DNA of 64,000 nt from Tubiluchus corallicola (GCA_030141605.1 JAQGDQ010000063.1:248001-312000), one strand, 5' to 3'. Shown: positions 1-13,106, counted from the first letter of the stretch. Notes: a model not told the origin generated them from the sequence alone. Made by a program: numbers and translations.

Positions 1-2
1 TG

Positions 3-65
3 CAAGCAAACTGGCTAGAATCTCTTGAAAATGTGACTTCTGGAATTAACTTTGGTCCATATTAG
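3..65 (+). CDS. Possible last coding bases of an upstream plus-strand gene (QANWLESLENVTSGINFGPY*), followed by T-rich 3'UTR-like sequence
   Basis: Open frame from the window edge to TAG at 63-65. Positions ~66-800 are T/TG-rich on +, as in a 3'UTR. The peptide is not recognised. Confidence 0.25.
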   Translation, partial: QANWLESLENVTSGINFGPY

Positions 66-929
66 GTGAAAGGCTGTATATCATTATTACCAAATATTTG
101 CAGGCAATATTGTTCCTGCATATCTTTGCACTATAAACTTGCATTCTTTGGAAACATGTTTACTTCTGCAAGAGAGACATAGACTACTGTAAGAGAGAAA
201 GAAAAAGAGGAAAAGGTAAAATGAAGTGGATTTCTACAAAAAAATATTATAATTTTTTCTGGACGGAATATCCTTTTTGGTGAACCCAATCGAAATGTTA
301 TTTTGTAAATTACTATTGCGCGTTTAGTAATTTGACATTTTTTTAGGATCGTGATCTGTGTGTTTGTATATAGTTAATTTATGTAAAGTATATGCTTGCT
401 CACAGTGCCATATTTTGCAAAGTGTACAATAACCATTTATTTTTGCAGTGCACCATGGCACGGGGGCACAGTACGAGTGACTGGGTTGTTAATGACTGAT
501 TGCTAGAGCTTTATTTTTAGTTAGTTAATCGTGCTTTTATCTTTGATAAGGTTTCTGCTTTTGTTACTGTTATCTTTTTATTCATCAGGTGCTAATTGTA
601 TTGACCAATGAGAGTGTACATATTATTAGCTGACTGTTACTATCTGGAAAGCTATTTAGATTAGTAAGTTTACTAGTAGTTTTGCACTGCATGCCAAAAC
701 TTGTCTGTTTGTTCTTTTAAAATGAGACTTTTTTAGAGTTATCCATCTTGGGCAAATAACCCGATATAATTTACATAATTTGCTCTTTAATTTAATCTTT
801 ACACAATTTTTTAAAAGACAATTTTGTTACTAGAAACTTAGAAACATCACAGACAGACAGTCGTTTTGACTGCAATATTCAGCATCTTCAGTGAGAGTTT
901 CAAATAACAACCAAAGACAAAAGACAACA

Positions 930-935
930 TTTATT
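930..935 (-). terminator. Candidate distal polyadenylation signal of VAP
   Basis: AATAAA on the minus strand, followed directly by GU/U-rich TGTTGTCTTTTGTCTTTGGTTGTT. Strand composition bias switches near here. Confidence 0.35.
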
Positions 936-1044
936 TACCATCGCTTGTTTATCAGAAATGCTAGAACTAACGGCTATTTAGCAATTTACACTTACAACAA
1001 TACAGGTAAGCACACAGAGTACAAATCACGAATAATGTGTAGGG

Positions 1045-1150
1045 TACATGCCCTAGTGTTGGCAGCCGCTAGTGTTAAACTCAAGACTTCATGCTTGCAG
1101 TCCAAAACCTAGAGCACTCTGCCACCCAACCCAAGACATACAGATGGAGC
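1045..1150 (-). mobile_element. Degenerate tRNA-derived SINE head
   Basis: Minus strand reads GGGTTGGGTGGCAGAGTGCTCTAGG (A-box-like)...GAGTTTAACAC (decayed B-box). A related head GGGTTGGATGGTCGAGTGGTCTAGG is at 45938-45962 (+). Confidence 0.5.
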
Positions 1151-1504
1151 CTGCTGTAGTTGTAATTACATATTTGCATAGTAATCAAATTAAGATAACC
1201 TGAAGATTACAAACATACAGACAAACATGTAGGTTACATGTAAAGTAGAATATACAGTAAAAGTAGAATAGTTAAGTATTAGAAAACAAGAGTTAAGGGA
1301 ATAGAACTACTTTGAGCATTGATTGAATCTTATTGGGATATGTAGATAAGTAATGTTTTATTAAACGATCCCAGTTATTGTATTACCGGCCACAATACTA
1401 AAATTATTAGAACAGAATAAACTTTGGGCAAAAGTTTCCTGTTCTCACACAAAAGAAATTAGTTTCTGATGAAGTGGATTAAGAACTGCGTGATATCGTT
1501 TGTA

Positions 1505-1900
1505 CTGGCAGTTTACAAATAGATAAGAAATTGAGAAAGAAAGGGAGAGGATAGGATGAAGGAAAGAGGAGTAGAAGAAGAGAGTGATGGACAAGATACG
1601 AAAGAGAGAAGGAACAGAAAAAGAGTCTGGTAGACAGGTTGACAGTTTGCAGACAGAGAAGGAACTGAGAAAGAGAGGGATAGGATGAAAGAAAGAGGAG
1701 TAGGAGGAGAGAGTGATTGGGAAAAAATGAAAGAAAGATGCAAGCAGAAGAAAGACAGGCAGACAGGCTGACAGTTTGTAAATAGAAGAGGAACTGAGGG
1801 AAGGAGAGGATGAGAGAATGAGGGGAAGGAAGAGAGAGTGATTGTTAGGCAAGAATGAGAGAAAGAGTGAACAAAAAAGAGCTTGGCGCTTTTTCTGTGC
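1505..1900. repeat. Purine-rich low-complexity region with internal imperfect duplications
   Basis: Repeated GACAGTTTG..AGA..AGGAACTGAG and GATAGGATGAA..AAAGAGGAGTAG motifs. The ORFs here are S/L/F-biased artefacts. Confidence 0.7.
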
Positions 1901-3737
1901 AAAGTAGTTCCATTCCCTTTACTTTTATAACACTTACCTATACTTCTTATAACACTTACCTATACTTCTTTATAGATTTGTTTTACAGATTTTACACCAT
2001 ACCTTTATAAGTTTATTAGTACATCTCATTTTTGATTTTCATTTAAATTTATTTTAGTTAGTCTGTTTACAGCCACTGTAAGCAGTGTATATGACCTGGT
2101 TGTTCTTGAATTCTTTTACTGCTAAAGGTGACTGCTGAACATTGCAGCCGAAATGTGTGCCTGTCTGTGGTGTTTTCAAAGTTCTTAATAATAATAGTCT
2201 TAATAATAATATAGGTTTTAAAAAAAACTATGATGTTCCTATGTTAATTGGTTTAAACAAAGTGTGGCCGACTGAAATTGATTGCCAGTAACGTAATAGT
2301 TGATAACAGTGTCTCAGCAAAGAATAAGAGTTTCTGCTGAATTCTTTTTTATGCTTTATCAGGAACAGAGACATATTATAAATTAGGATAGTTCTGCTTT
2401 GTAAGCTGATAGCAAATGCAGTCAATTCTGTTTAACTTATTTGTCAGGTCAGTGAAGAAGTAATGAGTTAAGCAAAATGTAGGTTACACAATCATATACT
2501 ACTTAGCCTGATATAGGCCTAATTACGTTAAACATATTTGACTGTATCTGACTTATTATCCAGCATTACCGAGAGAACAGCTGAATCTTCACAAATTTCT
2601 GACTTGAGTGAACAGTATTCTCAAATAAAACTAGTATAGTACATACATGATTGTGATATGAATACCTTGATGTATAGATGGCCTAGAGAATATTGTTGTG
2701 CAGCACTGCACCTACCACATTAGAACTCAAATGAATAATCTGTAAATGTTTTGTTAATGTAATTCATTATAGCATGAAATGATATGTACAATAAACTATT
2801 TGCAGAATACATCTTAACTTGTTTAGTGATTAATTTCGTTTACAAAACTGATACCAGCATAGCTTATAAACTTAAGATTCTGCAATATCTGCAATATGAC
2901 CAAAACTGCAAGTGCTGACTGCAAAATCTGTGTTGACCTGATCTCTGTTTCAAGACCATAATTTCACTATTGCTGAATTCGCCATACATAATTACAATTC
3001 CACATAATTATTAAGTGTCTGCAATTGCTAAAGATGGATCACGTTCAACGAAATCTACTGAAGAACTACAGTGTAGTATCTCTGATAACTGCTATAAATT
3101 GAAATTCACGAGTAATATTTTCAAGCGATAGTAGTTAGTACTATTAAGTGGCTTGTCACTATGGGGTTATTGCATGTTAATTTCAATTAACAAAGTATCA
3201 ACAAAGTTGGTGACAACAAACACAAAATTAAAACTGTTTTCAGATACAATTATTATATTTATTAACAAGAATTACCATAAATACACTATACAGTCAGTCG
3301 TAATGTTCAAACTAACAACGGGGATGGATAAACACAAACACCGGCCAAATAAAAGCGCTATCTAGTGCAAAAATTTTACAACATGCGCTGCTGTGGAGAC
3401 TACATCCTAGCTGGCTATCTCTTAGTAAAAGGTGATAATGATTCTTTAACAGTTTTTAACTTTTGAAACATAATTTGACTTGAAATTAATCTAGAAAGAA
3501 CTGTGTAAATATAGAAAACAATGGAAGTTTCTACATCAATATTACACAGGTAAAATAAAAAAGTGCTACTATTTAACACGTTATCTTTGCAAGATTCCCC
3601 AAAGCTTGAAAGAAATATGTATTACGTTATACACCTAGATTGATTCTCAAGTTGAATAGTATATATACAAGTGAGAGACACCTGTACAGAATCAATATTC
3701 ACAAGCATGTTTACTGCTAAAGAGTAGATAAAGGTTA

Positions 3738-3932
3738 AAGTGGCATTTACGTAGCATGCGGATGCAGATACGTTTTAGGCGTACGGAATACATAAAATAG
3801 GTTTATATTATTTTCAACGCAGCCATTTATGCAGCCTGTGTATGCATTAGTCTTTTTCTGCAGCTTTTCCTGTTGACTTTTTTCCGCAGGCAGAAAATGC
3901 ATTCGCATCCGCATGCTACATAAACGCCACTT
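3738..3932. mobile_element. Palindromic MITE (Harbinger-like)
   Basis: Inverted ends AAGTGGCATTTACGTAGCATGCGGATGC / GCATCCGCATGCTACATAAACGCCACTT, differing only at CpG-decay positions. Confidence 0.7.
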
Positions 3933-6520
3933 GAGAGTTACCTTTTGAAAATTGAAATGTACCATTTTTAAGAAAATGAAATTTCTGGTTAAACTATGAA
4001 ATACTTGCATCAATCGGCAAATAATTTGCTAACAGTGGCAAATTCAATGCACAAGTAATTATTATTGTTCGTAAAAAACTTTAAACTGATTTCTAGTGGT
4101 TCATAGTTAGCTATATATAATTTCTGTTTGTTCTACAGACTTGTATACTTTACTGAACAATGATTAACCACTCAAAATAAAACATACGATTTTAAACTTT
4201 TCAATGCTTTCATAGCATATTATAAATTTGTATTAGTCCTGTCTACATGCATAACAAAACATTACACGAATATGTGCACATACAAGCCCTTAAAAAGAAA
4301 TAAAAAAAATCACACCTGCTTCGTATGTTTTTCTATGTTTACTTTAGTAACCAAAAGGTGTTTGTAATAAGGCTTTCCTAAGCATGCAGTACACATGAAT
4401 AACTGGTTTGTATTTTCTGTAGGAGTTAAGACTAGAGGTAAATTGCTATAGTTTATTGCTAGAGCTAACATAATCCTGGAACTGATTAGCAGCTACAACA
4501 AATACATAATACAAACCTTAGAACTAATAAAATTATAATGATTAGAACTAATAAAATTATAATGACGTCTACTCTAGTAATGTGAACTGGGAGGCCTACT
4601 ACTGTGTAGAAGCAAAACTGCAAGGTTTTGGCAACAATCAGAAAAACCTGTTATCCCAAAAACCAGATGTGTTTTTTAACCACCTGAAAGGTCCAGAAAA
4701 GTTCATGTCTCTATTTATCTTTGTGAATCAGACAGTTTATTATGCTCTCTTTATCAGACATTTTCAGCCTGCAAAAACGTTTATGTACTATTAGTACATG
4801 CAGTTAGTAATAGTTTACAGTACTTTTTCTATCTGGTGCAATTAACTTCATGCAACTGGGGCAGCTGTTTGGATTAATCAAAAATCAATAATGCAACATT
4901 ATCAAGTTCCCACACATACATTGTTTAGCAGTGACTGTCGATTTAGGCAGCATGAGCTGCCACTTCTCTCTGCAAAGCGTTCTTACATTGCACACAACAT
5001 GACTATAATAGTACTCACAGTTATATGCTTCATACTTATAACCGACTAGAATATTAAACAAAATCTAACAAGGATACTAAGCAAGCATGATAAAATCTCT
5101 AACTACTTGCAAAAAAGCATGCCGTGCATATACGAATAATGCTTGGTCATAAGTAAATCAATGCCAAAAAAATGTTAACAGTTATTATATTTGGACCACA
5201 CAAGTGGCAGAAGGCTCAACCTAAATAATCCTTCCAGTTCACATCACTATTCTGCATTAATTAGATGTTTAGTCACATTACCAACATTAATCACAGCAAT
5301 TAAAAACCTACTAAGCTATAATAACTGTATCAACCTTCCCCAAAAGAAAAAGATTTTCCAACAAGAATGTACGTTTGCACGTATAAATCACTATTTTTTG
5401 CATTCAAATACTTGCAAAGGAAGAGGTCACGCAAAACTCTTTGAGCAGAAACCCAACTTTAGAAGTAAAGTATGAATAATAGAAATTTACTAAAACTACA
5501 GTTCTTCCGAATTTTAAACACTACACAGCTTGTTGAATACATCAACTTGAAACAAGGGTAACAACTTGTAAACAACAATAGAGTTTTCACCGCAGTTACA
5601 TTATTACCCTGTTTTCCATCATCCTGAAATCAATAAGCTCACTTCATAGCATTTCTTGGAGTTTTATTTATTAACTTTCACAGCCAGTTAATGACACGGT
5701 TCTCTGTACTTGACCCATTTCCAAAACCAAGGCTTATAGTGACAATTGCTTTACCTATTCAGTGTAATTGCCATTCTAAATAGTTAAATTAAAAATCTAC
5801 TTGAACAAAAACTCATTGCCAACAGTAACTTTAAACTTGACTGCCTGTAAAACATAAACACCAAGGTTAAGAATAAAAATACTCACGCCACTTTGACAGC
5901 AGTAGGTTGGACAAATAGTCTGAAAAAAGCCAGGTAAAGCCACTTACTGACTTCAACAGTTTAACTCCACAGTGTGCATTTATTTAATCACAAAACAATT
6001 AACATATAATTATACATTCCGACGAAAACTGAATGCTGAATTCAGGCAGCAGAATGCTGAATGTGAGAACGTTATCAGAGATAATTCAAATTATATCTTA
6101 ATAGAAAATTGAACAGTTTTAATGGTCCAGTGTGAACTTTAAACTAAGTGGAAACCAAGCAAATCTAATGTGGATTGGAGATCACCAAATTACATGCACT
6201 AACAAATGACATAATATTACAATCATTGTTCCAACAAATGCAACTCTTGTTCTACTAGTAAATAATTACTGATCTAACAATGTGGAAAGTATCCTTTAGT
6301 TAAAAAATTGAAAGAATACATCATTTTACGTGAATTACTCCACCCAGAATTAGTATTTGCGTAATTCCACAACCATAGCAATGGGTACGTTTCAAACGTA
6401 TCTCCTATTGATTACATCAATTATAAATCGTTGCATTAAACACAAATCAACAATAAATGTTTGAAGACAAATAATCATTTTGACAAAAATGTAAACAATA
6501 ATAAATGACGGTGTCGGTCT

Positions 6521-6712
6521 CTACAGGATAAACTTGCCAACAATGAGGCCTAGTATAATTGCGGCCACCAAGTATAATATAGGTGGTACAATATTGCCTT
6601 GACCTAGTTGGTGAAGGTTAAACTTTCCTGCAGCTTGCTGCGAGGGAGCAGATGTCCTCAATGAAGCCGGTTCAGGTGTGTATCCAGTTTTTCGTAATCT
6701 CAAGCCTTCCTC
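6521..6712 (-). CDS. VAP: VAP exon 6 (terminal): end of coiled coil and tail-anchor TM
   Basis: cttttcag|GAG acceptor, phase 0. Encodes EEGLRLRK...ILYLVAAIILGLIVGKFIL*, the typical VAP C-terminus with GxxxG. Confidence 0.95.
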   Translation of the reverse strand, partial: EEGLRLRKTGYTPEPASLRTSAPSQQAAGKFNLHQLGQGNIVPPILYLVAAIILGLIVGKFIL

Positions 6713-7603
6713 CTGAAAAGTTCACACAGGTGTTAAAAAATGATAATTAGAGGAGTGAATTTAACTGAGTGGTCAAGACATCTAACTGGCCGCTATAGCT
6801 AAGCAGTGCCACCCCGGTCTTGATTACAATCTGCTTCTGTGCAATTTTATCTGGTACATAATTACTGCTTTTGGTTACTCATCTTCTGAGGGAGGATAAA
6901 CATGCAGGACAACATAGGAAACTCCCACAATAAGGAAAACTTTATATAATTTTTAATAACCACAACAAATTGAACTACTCTCTAGTAGTCATCAACAGGT
7001 TAATGGAAGCAGAATTACCTGATCATGACTATAATAAAGTAGTTTTTATGTCGTATCTATTAAAAAATTACAGAAAATATTTCTTTATCTTGGTATTTTT
7101 ATACATGGCAAAAAACAGCCATTGTTCATCCCACATTAGATGCGTACCAATCTAACAGCTTGTCAGATTTGTTTTTGACATGTACCAATTTTAATTTCTA
7201 TTAGCTACAGCTTTTTTATAAAGCATCATCATTTAGATTCAAATTCGAGTTCTTAAAATAAACAAAAATTTGTTGTGAAATGACATATTCGTCAATAAAC
7301 GAGAAAAGTGTCAAATATTCAGTGTTATTAAAAGAACATCACTAACCAGAGATTCGTCGAGGACTTACTGAATGTCAATAGATTAACTAATGTCATACAA
7401 ACAACATGTTAGATTAGTAAAAAATAGTCACTTTAATTTCTAAACCTGCTGAACATTTAAAATGATTGCCGTAGTTACAAAACAGTTGCGCCAGCTAAAG
7501 TCCAACAAAAAGTATTACAAATTAGGATTCTTTAAGAATAATACAATTATTGGCTGGTATTTAGCTACTACAACATGAACATGAGAATGACTCCGAAGCT
7601 TAC

Positions 7604-7702
7604 TCTAAGGTTGGCTGTCTCTCTCCTCAAACCTTCAATCTCCGTTGTCAGTCGTTTGTTTTCAGCAACTGCATTTCTCAAATCTACTTCTAAGTTGCTT
7701 AT
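7604..7702 (-). CDS. VAP: VAP exon 5: coiled coil
   Basis: tttttgtag|ATA acceptor, AGA|gtaagc donor, 99 nt, phase 0-0. Encodes ISNLEVDLRNAVAENKRLTTEIEGLRRETANLR, a heptad pattern leading into EEGLRLRK. Confidence 0.9.
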
Positions 7703-7834
7703 CTACAAAAAGAAATAAAATATTATTAGCATGTAACTGCAAATAGTGCAATTACACACTTGCATTGTTTTTCTAACTTGCCGGTAGATGGCAGAAAAAC
7801 AATTGCTCAGTCACCATAGCAATGCCAACTTTAG

Positions 7835-10022
7835 TACAACGTAGAAGCCGATCCGGCTAAATCAGTGCGAGTCAGATGTCCATGAAACCATCTCTTATCC
7901 ACGACTTGAACCTTCTTGCGTATCCAAGCATCCGTCTTTCTTCATCGAGTTTTTCGGCACAGTTGTTGACTAGGGATCTCCATGCAGGACGGTCGTGAAC
8001 TGCGAAAGGCAACTTGTCCAACTTTCCACCTTTCCTCAGAGAGAACTTCACCTTGTCCTTGAAGCGAAGGAGAGGACGACCAACACTGCGAGAGCCACTG
8101 GTTAGTTCTCCATGGAGAAGGGCCTTTGTCGGTCTCTTATCGTTCATTCTGACCACATGCCCAAACCACCGAAGTTGAGCCTTAGTAAGCGTAATCTCGA
8201 TATCTTCCATCTTGGCACGAGCCAGCACGTCTTCGTTTGGCACATAGTCGTCCCAGCGAACACGAAGGATGTGACGCAGATGTCTCTGCTGAACCGCACG
8301 AAGAGACCTGACCTGATCTTGATAGAGCGTCCACGTTTCCTGACCATAGGTAAGCTGCGGAATGATGCATTGCTTGTACACCTGCAGTTTAGTGGCGATG
8401 GTAAGGTCATGGTTATCGAAGACATGTTTCCTCATACGGCCGAAAGAGCTGGCTGCAGCATTAATTCTTGCATGAAGCTCAGTATCCAATCGAGCATCTG
8501 AGCAGATGTAACTTCCGAGATATTTGAACCGTTGCACACTTCCAAGCTGTTCTCCGTCAATGGTAAAATTGACACTGTCACTAGAGCCGACACTCATTGT
8601 CTCAGTCTTCCTTTTGTTAATGCGCAGTCCCATTCTCTTTGCAGTTTCATTGTAAATGTCGATTAGATCCTGAAGGTCTTCCGGGTTGTCAGAGAAGATA
8701 GCTATGTCATCGGCATATTGCGCTTCACGCAGGAACATCATTCGTGTCTTCGTACTTGCTTTGAGTCGACGTAGGTTAAAAATGTCTCCATCATATCTGA
8801 ATCGAACATGAATGCTCTTCGTCGAGCCAAGTCTGCCGAAGGCTACCTGCAAAAGGACTGCAGCGAAAAGTCCGAAAAGAGATGGAGCTAACTTGCAGCC
8901 TTGTTTCACACCGCTGTTGTATTCTACAGGATCACTAAGCTGGCCATTGACAGAGAGACGCGCTAGCATATCAGTGTGCAGAGCTTTTACCATACTTATA
9001 AATCGATCTGGGCATCCACACTTTGAAAGCACCTTGTACAGCAGTTCGCGATTGACACTGTCAAATGCCTTTGTAAAGTCGATAAAGGCAATATGCATTG
9101 ATGTTCTATGCTCTCTCGTTTTCTCCATCAGCTGACGAATCGTAAAAATACCATCAATGGTACTGCGATCCCGTCGATACCCTGACTGAGACTCTGGGTA
9201 GATACGCTCCAAAATCTTGTCCAGCCGAACGAGAAGAATGTCTGCAAAAAGCTTTCCGACAACACTAAGGAAATGCCACGATAGTTACTGCAATCACTGC
9301 GATCACCCTTTTTGAACAAAATGGTGATGCTAGCATTGACAAAGTCACGAGGCATATCACCAGTCCTCCAAATAACGTTGAAGAGCTCCAAAAGATGATT
9401 CTGGAGAGAAGCAACGCCATGGATGAGAACCTCTGGTGGAACACCATCAGGTCAAGGGCTTTTCCGTCGCTTGATACGGCGAATAGAGTACTTGAGTTCC
9501 TCGAGGGTGACTAGTCCATCCATCTCGTCGATGACTGGTAACTGAGGTATTTCATCCAAGATAGTAAAGTCAGCGTCGGTAGTTTGATTCAGTAAAGTGC
9601 TGAAGTGCTCCATCCAACGATTCTGGATATCATTGGATGAGTTGAGAGTGTCATCAGCAATAGATTTGATAGGATGGTTACAACGCGATGTCGGACCATA
9701 AACGGCATTGAGAGAAGCGTAGAATTCCCGGAAATTCTTCATTTGGGCGTGTCTTTCAACTTCATTGGCTCGGTCCTGGAACCACTGATTCTTCATAAGT
9801 CGGATATGATTTCTGAGCTCACGCCTGTTTTTCTTGTCCTTGACTAGTGCACCGATTTCAAGCTCGTTGAACCAGTCTCGGTTGCGATTTCCTTGTTTAC
9901 CGAACACAGCGTCTGCACTGTTGAGTAAGATTTCCTTGGTTTCATCCCAAGATGGTCTACAATCACTCAAAACATTGGCAAGATAAACTTGCAATTTGGA
10001 TTCTTTGCCTTGTGTGGATGAT
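7835..10022 (-). mobile_element. 5'-truncated RTE-clade non-LTR retrotransposon in VAP intron 4 (disrupted RT ORF)
   Basis: RT motifs NYRGISL, PESQSGYR, AFIDFTKAFDSV, GVKQGCKLAP, QYADD, FKYLGS, WFGHVVRM. In-frame stop at 9452-9454 (KSP*PDG, expected KSPGPDG) and a frameshift near 9268. 12-bp TSD TGCCAACTTTAG at 7823-7834 and 10023-10034. Confidence 0.93.
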
Positions 10023-10936
10023 TGCCAACTTTAGCAATACCCATTCCCACAGTATGTTGTTATAAGCTACAGCAGGACAATGAACATAGCAGCTGCGTGT
10101 CACAAACACAATGGCAACCTATTGTCTCAGCTAAGTTGTGGCTTGCTACTGAGTGAAATTTTACACAATTTTTTTTACAATATTTCATTGTATACACAAA
10201 AAGTGCGCACAAAAAGTTTATGTCCAGCATTTGCATAAATAACATATTCTGGTTGGATATTTCATTAGCTATTTGAAGATATCGGCTGTTTTTGTTTAAG
10301 TAAGCAAATAATTTAACTATTTGAGAAAAATCCACCGGTACCCATGAAAAATGCTTCATTAACTGTACAAGACAGCATAAAACACTTAATAAAATGCACA
10401 AAACCACAAAATGATCTTGACACGCTAAAGAACCCTTCTTAACAGATCCATGGTTGTTTTTACCTGCAAATACTCTTTGTAGCAAAATTAATGAATATTG
10501 CGTAAAAAGTGAAATTCTCAATGGCTAGCAAGTTAATTGGGCACAACAATGACACTATTTATAGTCACATGAGTGTAATAAAATATCTTATTGCCGTACG
10601 ATAAGTTTGCAATTTCTTAACCTAAGTTACCTGAATTTAATATCCAATTAATGTCATCATTTATGCTATTTATTTCAGTGAAAAACATTTGTTGTGAACT
10701 AAAGAAGAAAATGCGTTGAATACGTAACATGACTTTACAGATTGTTAATTTCAAAGCCAAAATGAAATGTGCAGCAAATAATCTCCCTCACTGACTAGTA
10801 ACTGGTTTGGTAAACTGAAAATGTTCACCATAAGATCCTACTAATCTGTGAGGTGAAATTCAAAGTTGAAGGTGCAACAGTAACAGCTTCCTGCTGCTAG
10901 CATTATCCAAGCAAGTTGGATTGCATTAGAGCCAGT

Positions 10937-12670
10937 AGTGGGACATTGGTTTCATTTTCTGGTGGCGCAGGCGGCGCTAATAGTGGACGCTTTAAATTTT
11001 CATCCAAGATCAAAATTATCAAATTCTGTTCTAAATTTAACGAAGCCTGATAATATTTACCAAAATTCATTCGAAAAAATGTTCGTGATCACACAAAATT
11101 TATACAACGCAAGATTACGTTTGCAAAGGTGAAAAACGTTTTTCTACCGAACCTGTTTTTTCTTGCGAGGATCACAGGTTTAACTTGTGAACATTGTAAA
11201 TCTTCGTATGACTGTCAGTTACTTCACCACGAGTTTACTTGTTGTATTTGCAATTTTGAAATTTATTAGTGCAAATATGGGCAAGGATAAAGAGGAGAGT
11301 ATTGGCGCTACACACACCAAAATGTCACTCCAGGCTGTGTTAGAAAAGATGGACCAACGCCTGACAGATATAGAGCAATCAAACGTATCTATACAGAAAG
11401 AGTTAGCTGGTGTTTCTGCCTCCATACAGTCAAAGGTTGAAAAAGTGAATCAGCAAATAAACGGAGTTGCTTAAAAGCCAAGTATCTTGAAACCGTACGA
11501 GGACATACGCAGAGAGAACTCAGAAAATCGCGAAACTCTCAGCACACTCAAACAAGAAAACAAACTTCTCAAAGCAAATATTGCTAATTTCGAAAAACAA
11601 GTTCATGCTGCTAACGAAGCCATTAAAAACCTTGAACAGTATGAACGGAGAGATACGATAGAAATTTTTGGAGTACTGTATGTTCAATATGAAAATACCA
11701 ATGGTATTGTAGAAAAAGTTTGTGAAACTATCGGAGTGCCAATATGTTCAGAAGAGATAGCCACACTGAATGCAGCGACCTAAATTAGGAAGCACACCTG
11801 CAATCATTGTAAAATTTGTGTGCAGGGCTACCCAAGGTAAAGTTTATGCTGCACGCAAGAAGATACAGCTACTGACCTTGGATTTACTATTTCAGACAAA
11901 ATATATATAAACGAAAATCTGACAAAAGTGCACCGAACGCTGCTGTCCCCCACACGTCAATGCAAAAAAACAATTGAAATATAAGTATGCATGGTCACGC
12001 TACGGACGTATCTTTATTAAACGCTCAGATTTTTCTGATGCAATGGTCGTAAACTCACTCCAGGATCTTTTTGTCAAGGGATATGCACCATCCAGAACTT
12101 CAAGCTAAAGGTCTTAATATGTACTAGTAGCTGTAACAAAGTTACTACATGTGATAATTTATAGCCTTATAGTGTTTGTTCTAAAACTGTAGAAGTAATC
12201 AACGTGCTATATATTATAATAATTGTAGAAGATGGGTATATTTTAAATGTGCCCTTTTAACTCCTGATGATTTCTGTAAATTAGGCAATTCTGATGAAGT
12301 GTTTTTTTAATCAACCTTGTCTAAACTCGATTTTACCATTTCAAACAATTGATAACGATGATCTTTACAATTATACTCAGTTAAATTGTAGCCCGATCGA
12401 GACAGCCCAACTACAAACTCTAAATGATTCATCTAGTTTATTGTCTTTTGACCAAAATAAAAATGACCCCGACCTTAATCATAACACCCAATTTGACAGC
12501 AAGTACTATAAACTCGCTACACTACAATCATCTTCTGACCGTCAAACTACCGACAAAGACCTCACAATTTTGCATTTAAACATGTCTAGTCTTCAAAAAC
12601 ATTACTCTAGTATGGCGGATGTTCTGTTTCACTTCTGTAATCCACCTGACTTGATCGCTATAAGCAAAAC
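10937..12670 (+). mobile_element. Decayed CR1/L2-group LINE, 5' half only (ORF1, PHD-like finger, start of APE endonuclease)
   Basis: Coiled-coil ORF1 with LEQYERRDTIEIFGV, IIVKF, IYINENLT and YKYAWSRYGRIFIK, split across frames. Then a Cys-rich segment, then LTILHLNMSSL...PDLIAISKT (APE motifs I/II). Nothing recognisable downstream. Confidence 0.75.
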
Positions 12671-12977
12671 CCTAGATTTAGCAAATACAACTCTAGACTT
12701 GAGCAACAGTGCATCAGGGGCAGCAGCAGCAGATAAGAGGGCTTGCACTCAGTAAGTGCGACTTGCCATGTTTTAGGACGTTTTATTATATTATTCGTAC
12801 AACTTTTGTGGTTTTTTCAAAAAAGTGCAAGTGGCATTGGTAATACAAAAATGATTGGAAATAAAGGCCAAATCGATTATAATCGATTGTCCATTAATGA
12901 GCCCCAATGCTACTTGGAGGTGTAGCTCAAAATGTTCAAGAAGGAATTTAGTATGGCTCTAATGACCACCTAAAGTT

Positions 12978-13106
12978 TCATAGTGTTATGACAACCATTT
13001 GCCATCCCTTGCTACTAAACACTGCTACTGCTACCCATAAGACAACAAACGTCAACAACCAATGGGTTTTGGTAGTATTCAATGGAAGACGATCTGATGT
13101 TTGGTA
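12978..13106 (-). CDS. VAP: Putative alternative terminal exon of VAP encoding a different hydrophobic tail
   Basis: ccagttttttag|TAC acceptor 98 nt after the exon 4 donor, in frame (phase 0). Encodes YQTSDRLPLNTTKTHWLLTFVVLWVAVAVFSSKGWQMVVITL*. AATAAA on minus at 12782-12787. Confidence 0.5.
   Translation of the reverse strand, partial: YQTSDRLPLNTTKTHWLLTFVVLWVAVAVFSSKGWQMVVITL

Noticed and set aside
8112-9135. ORFs antisense to or out of frame with the RTE RT
   Set aside because: Shadow frames of the retrotransposon ORF.
10060-10521. 153-aa minus-strand ORF adjoining the RTE
   Set aside because: It lies outside the TSD, is AT-rich and intron-like, starts with TTG, and has no recognisable motifs.
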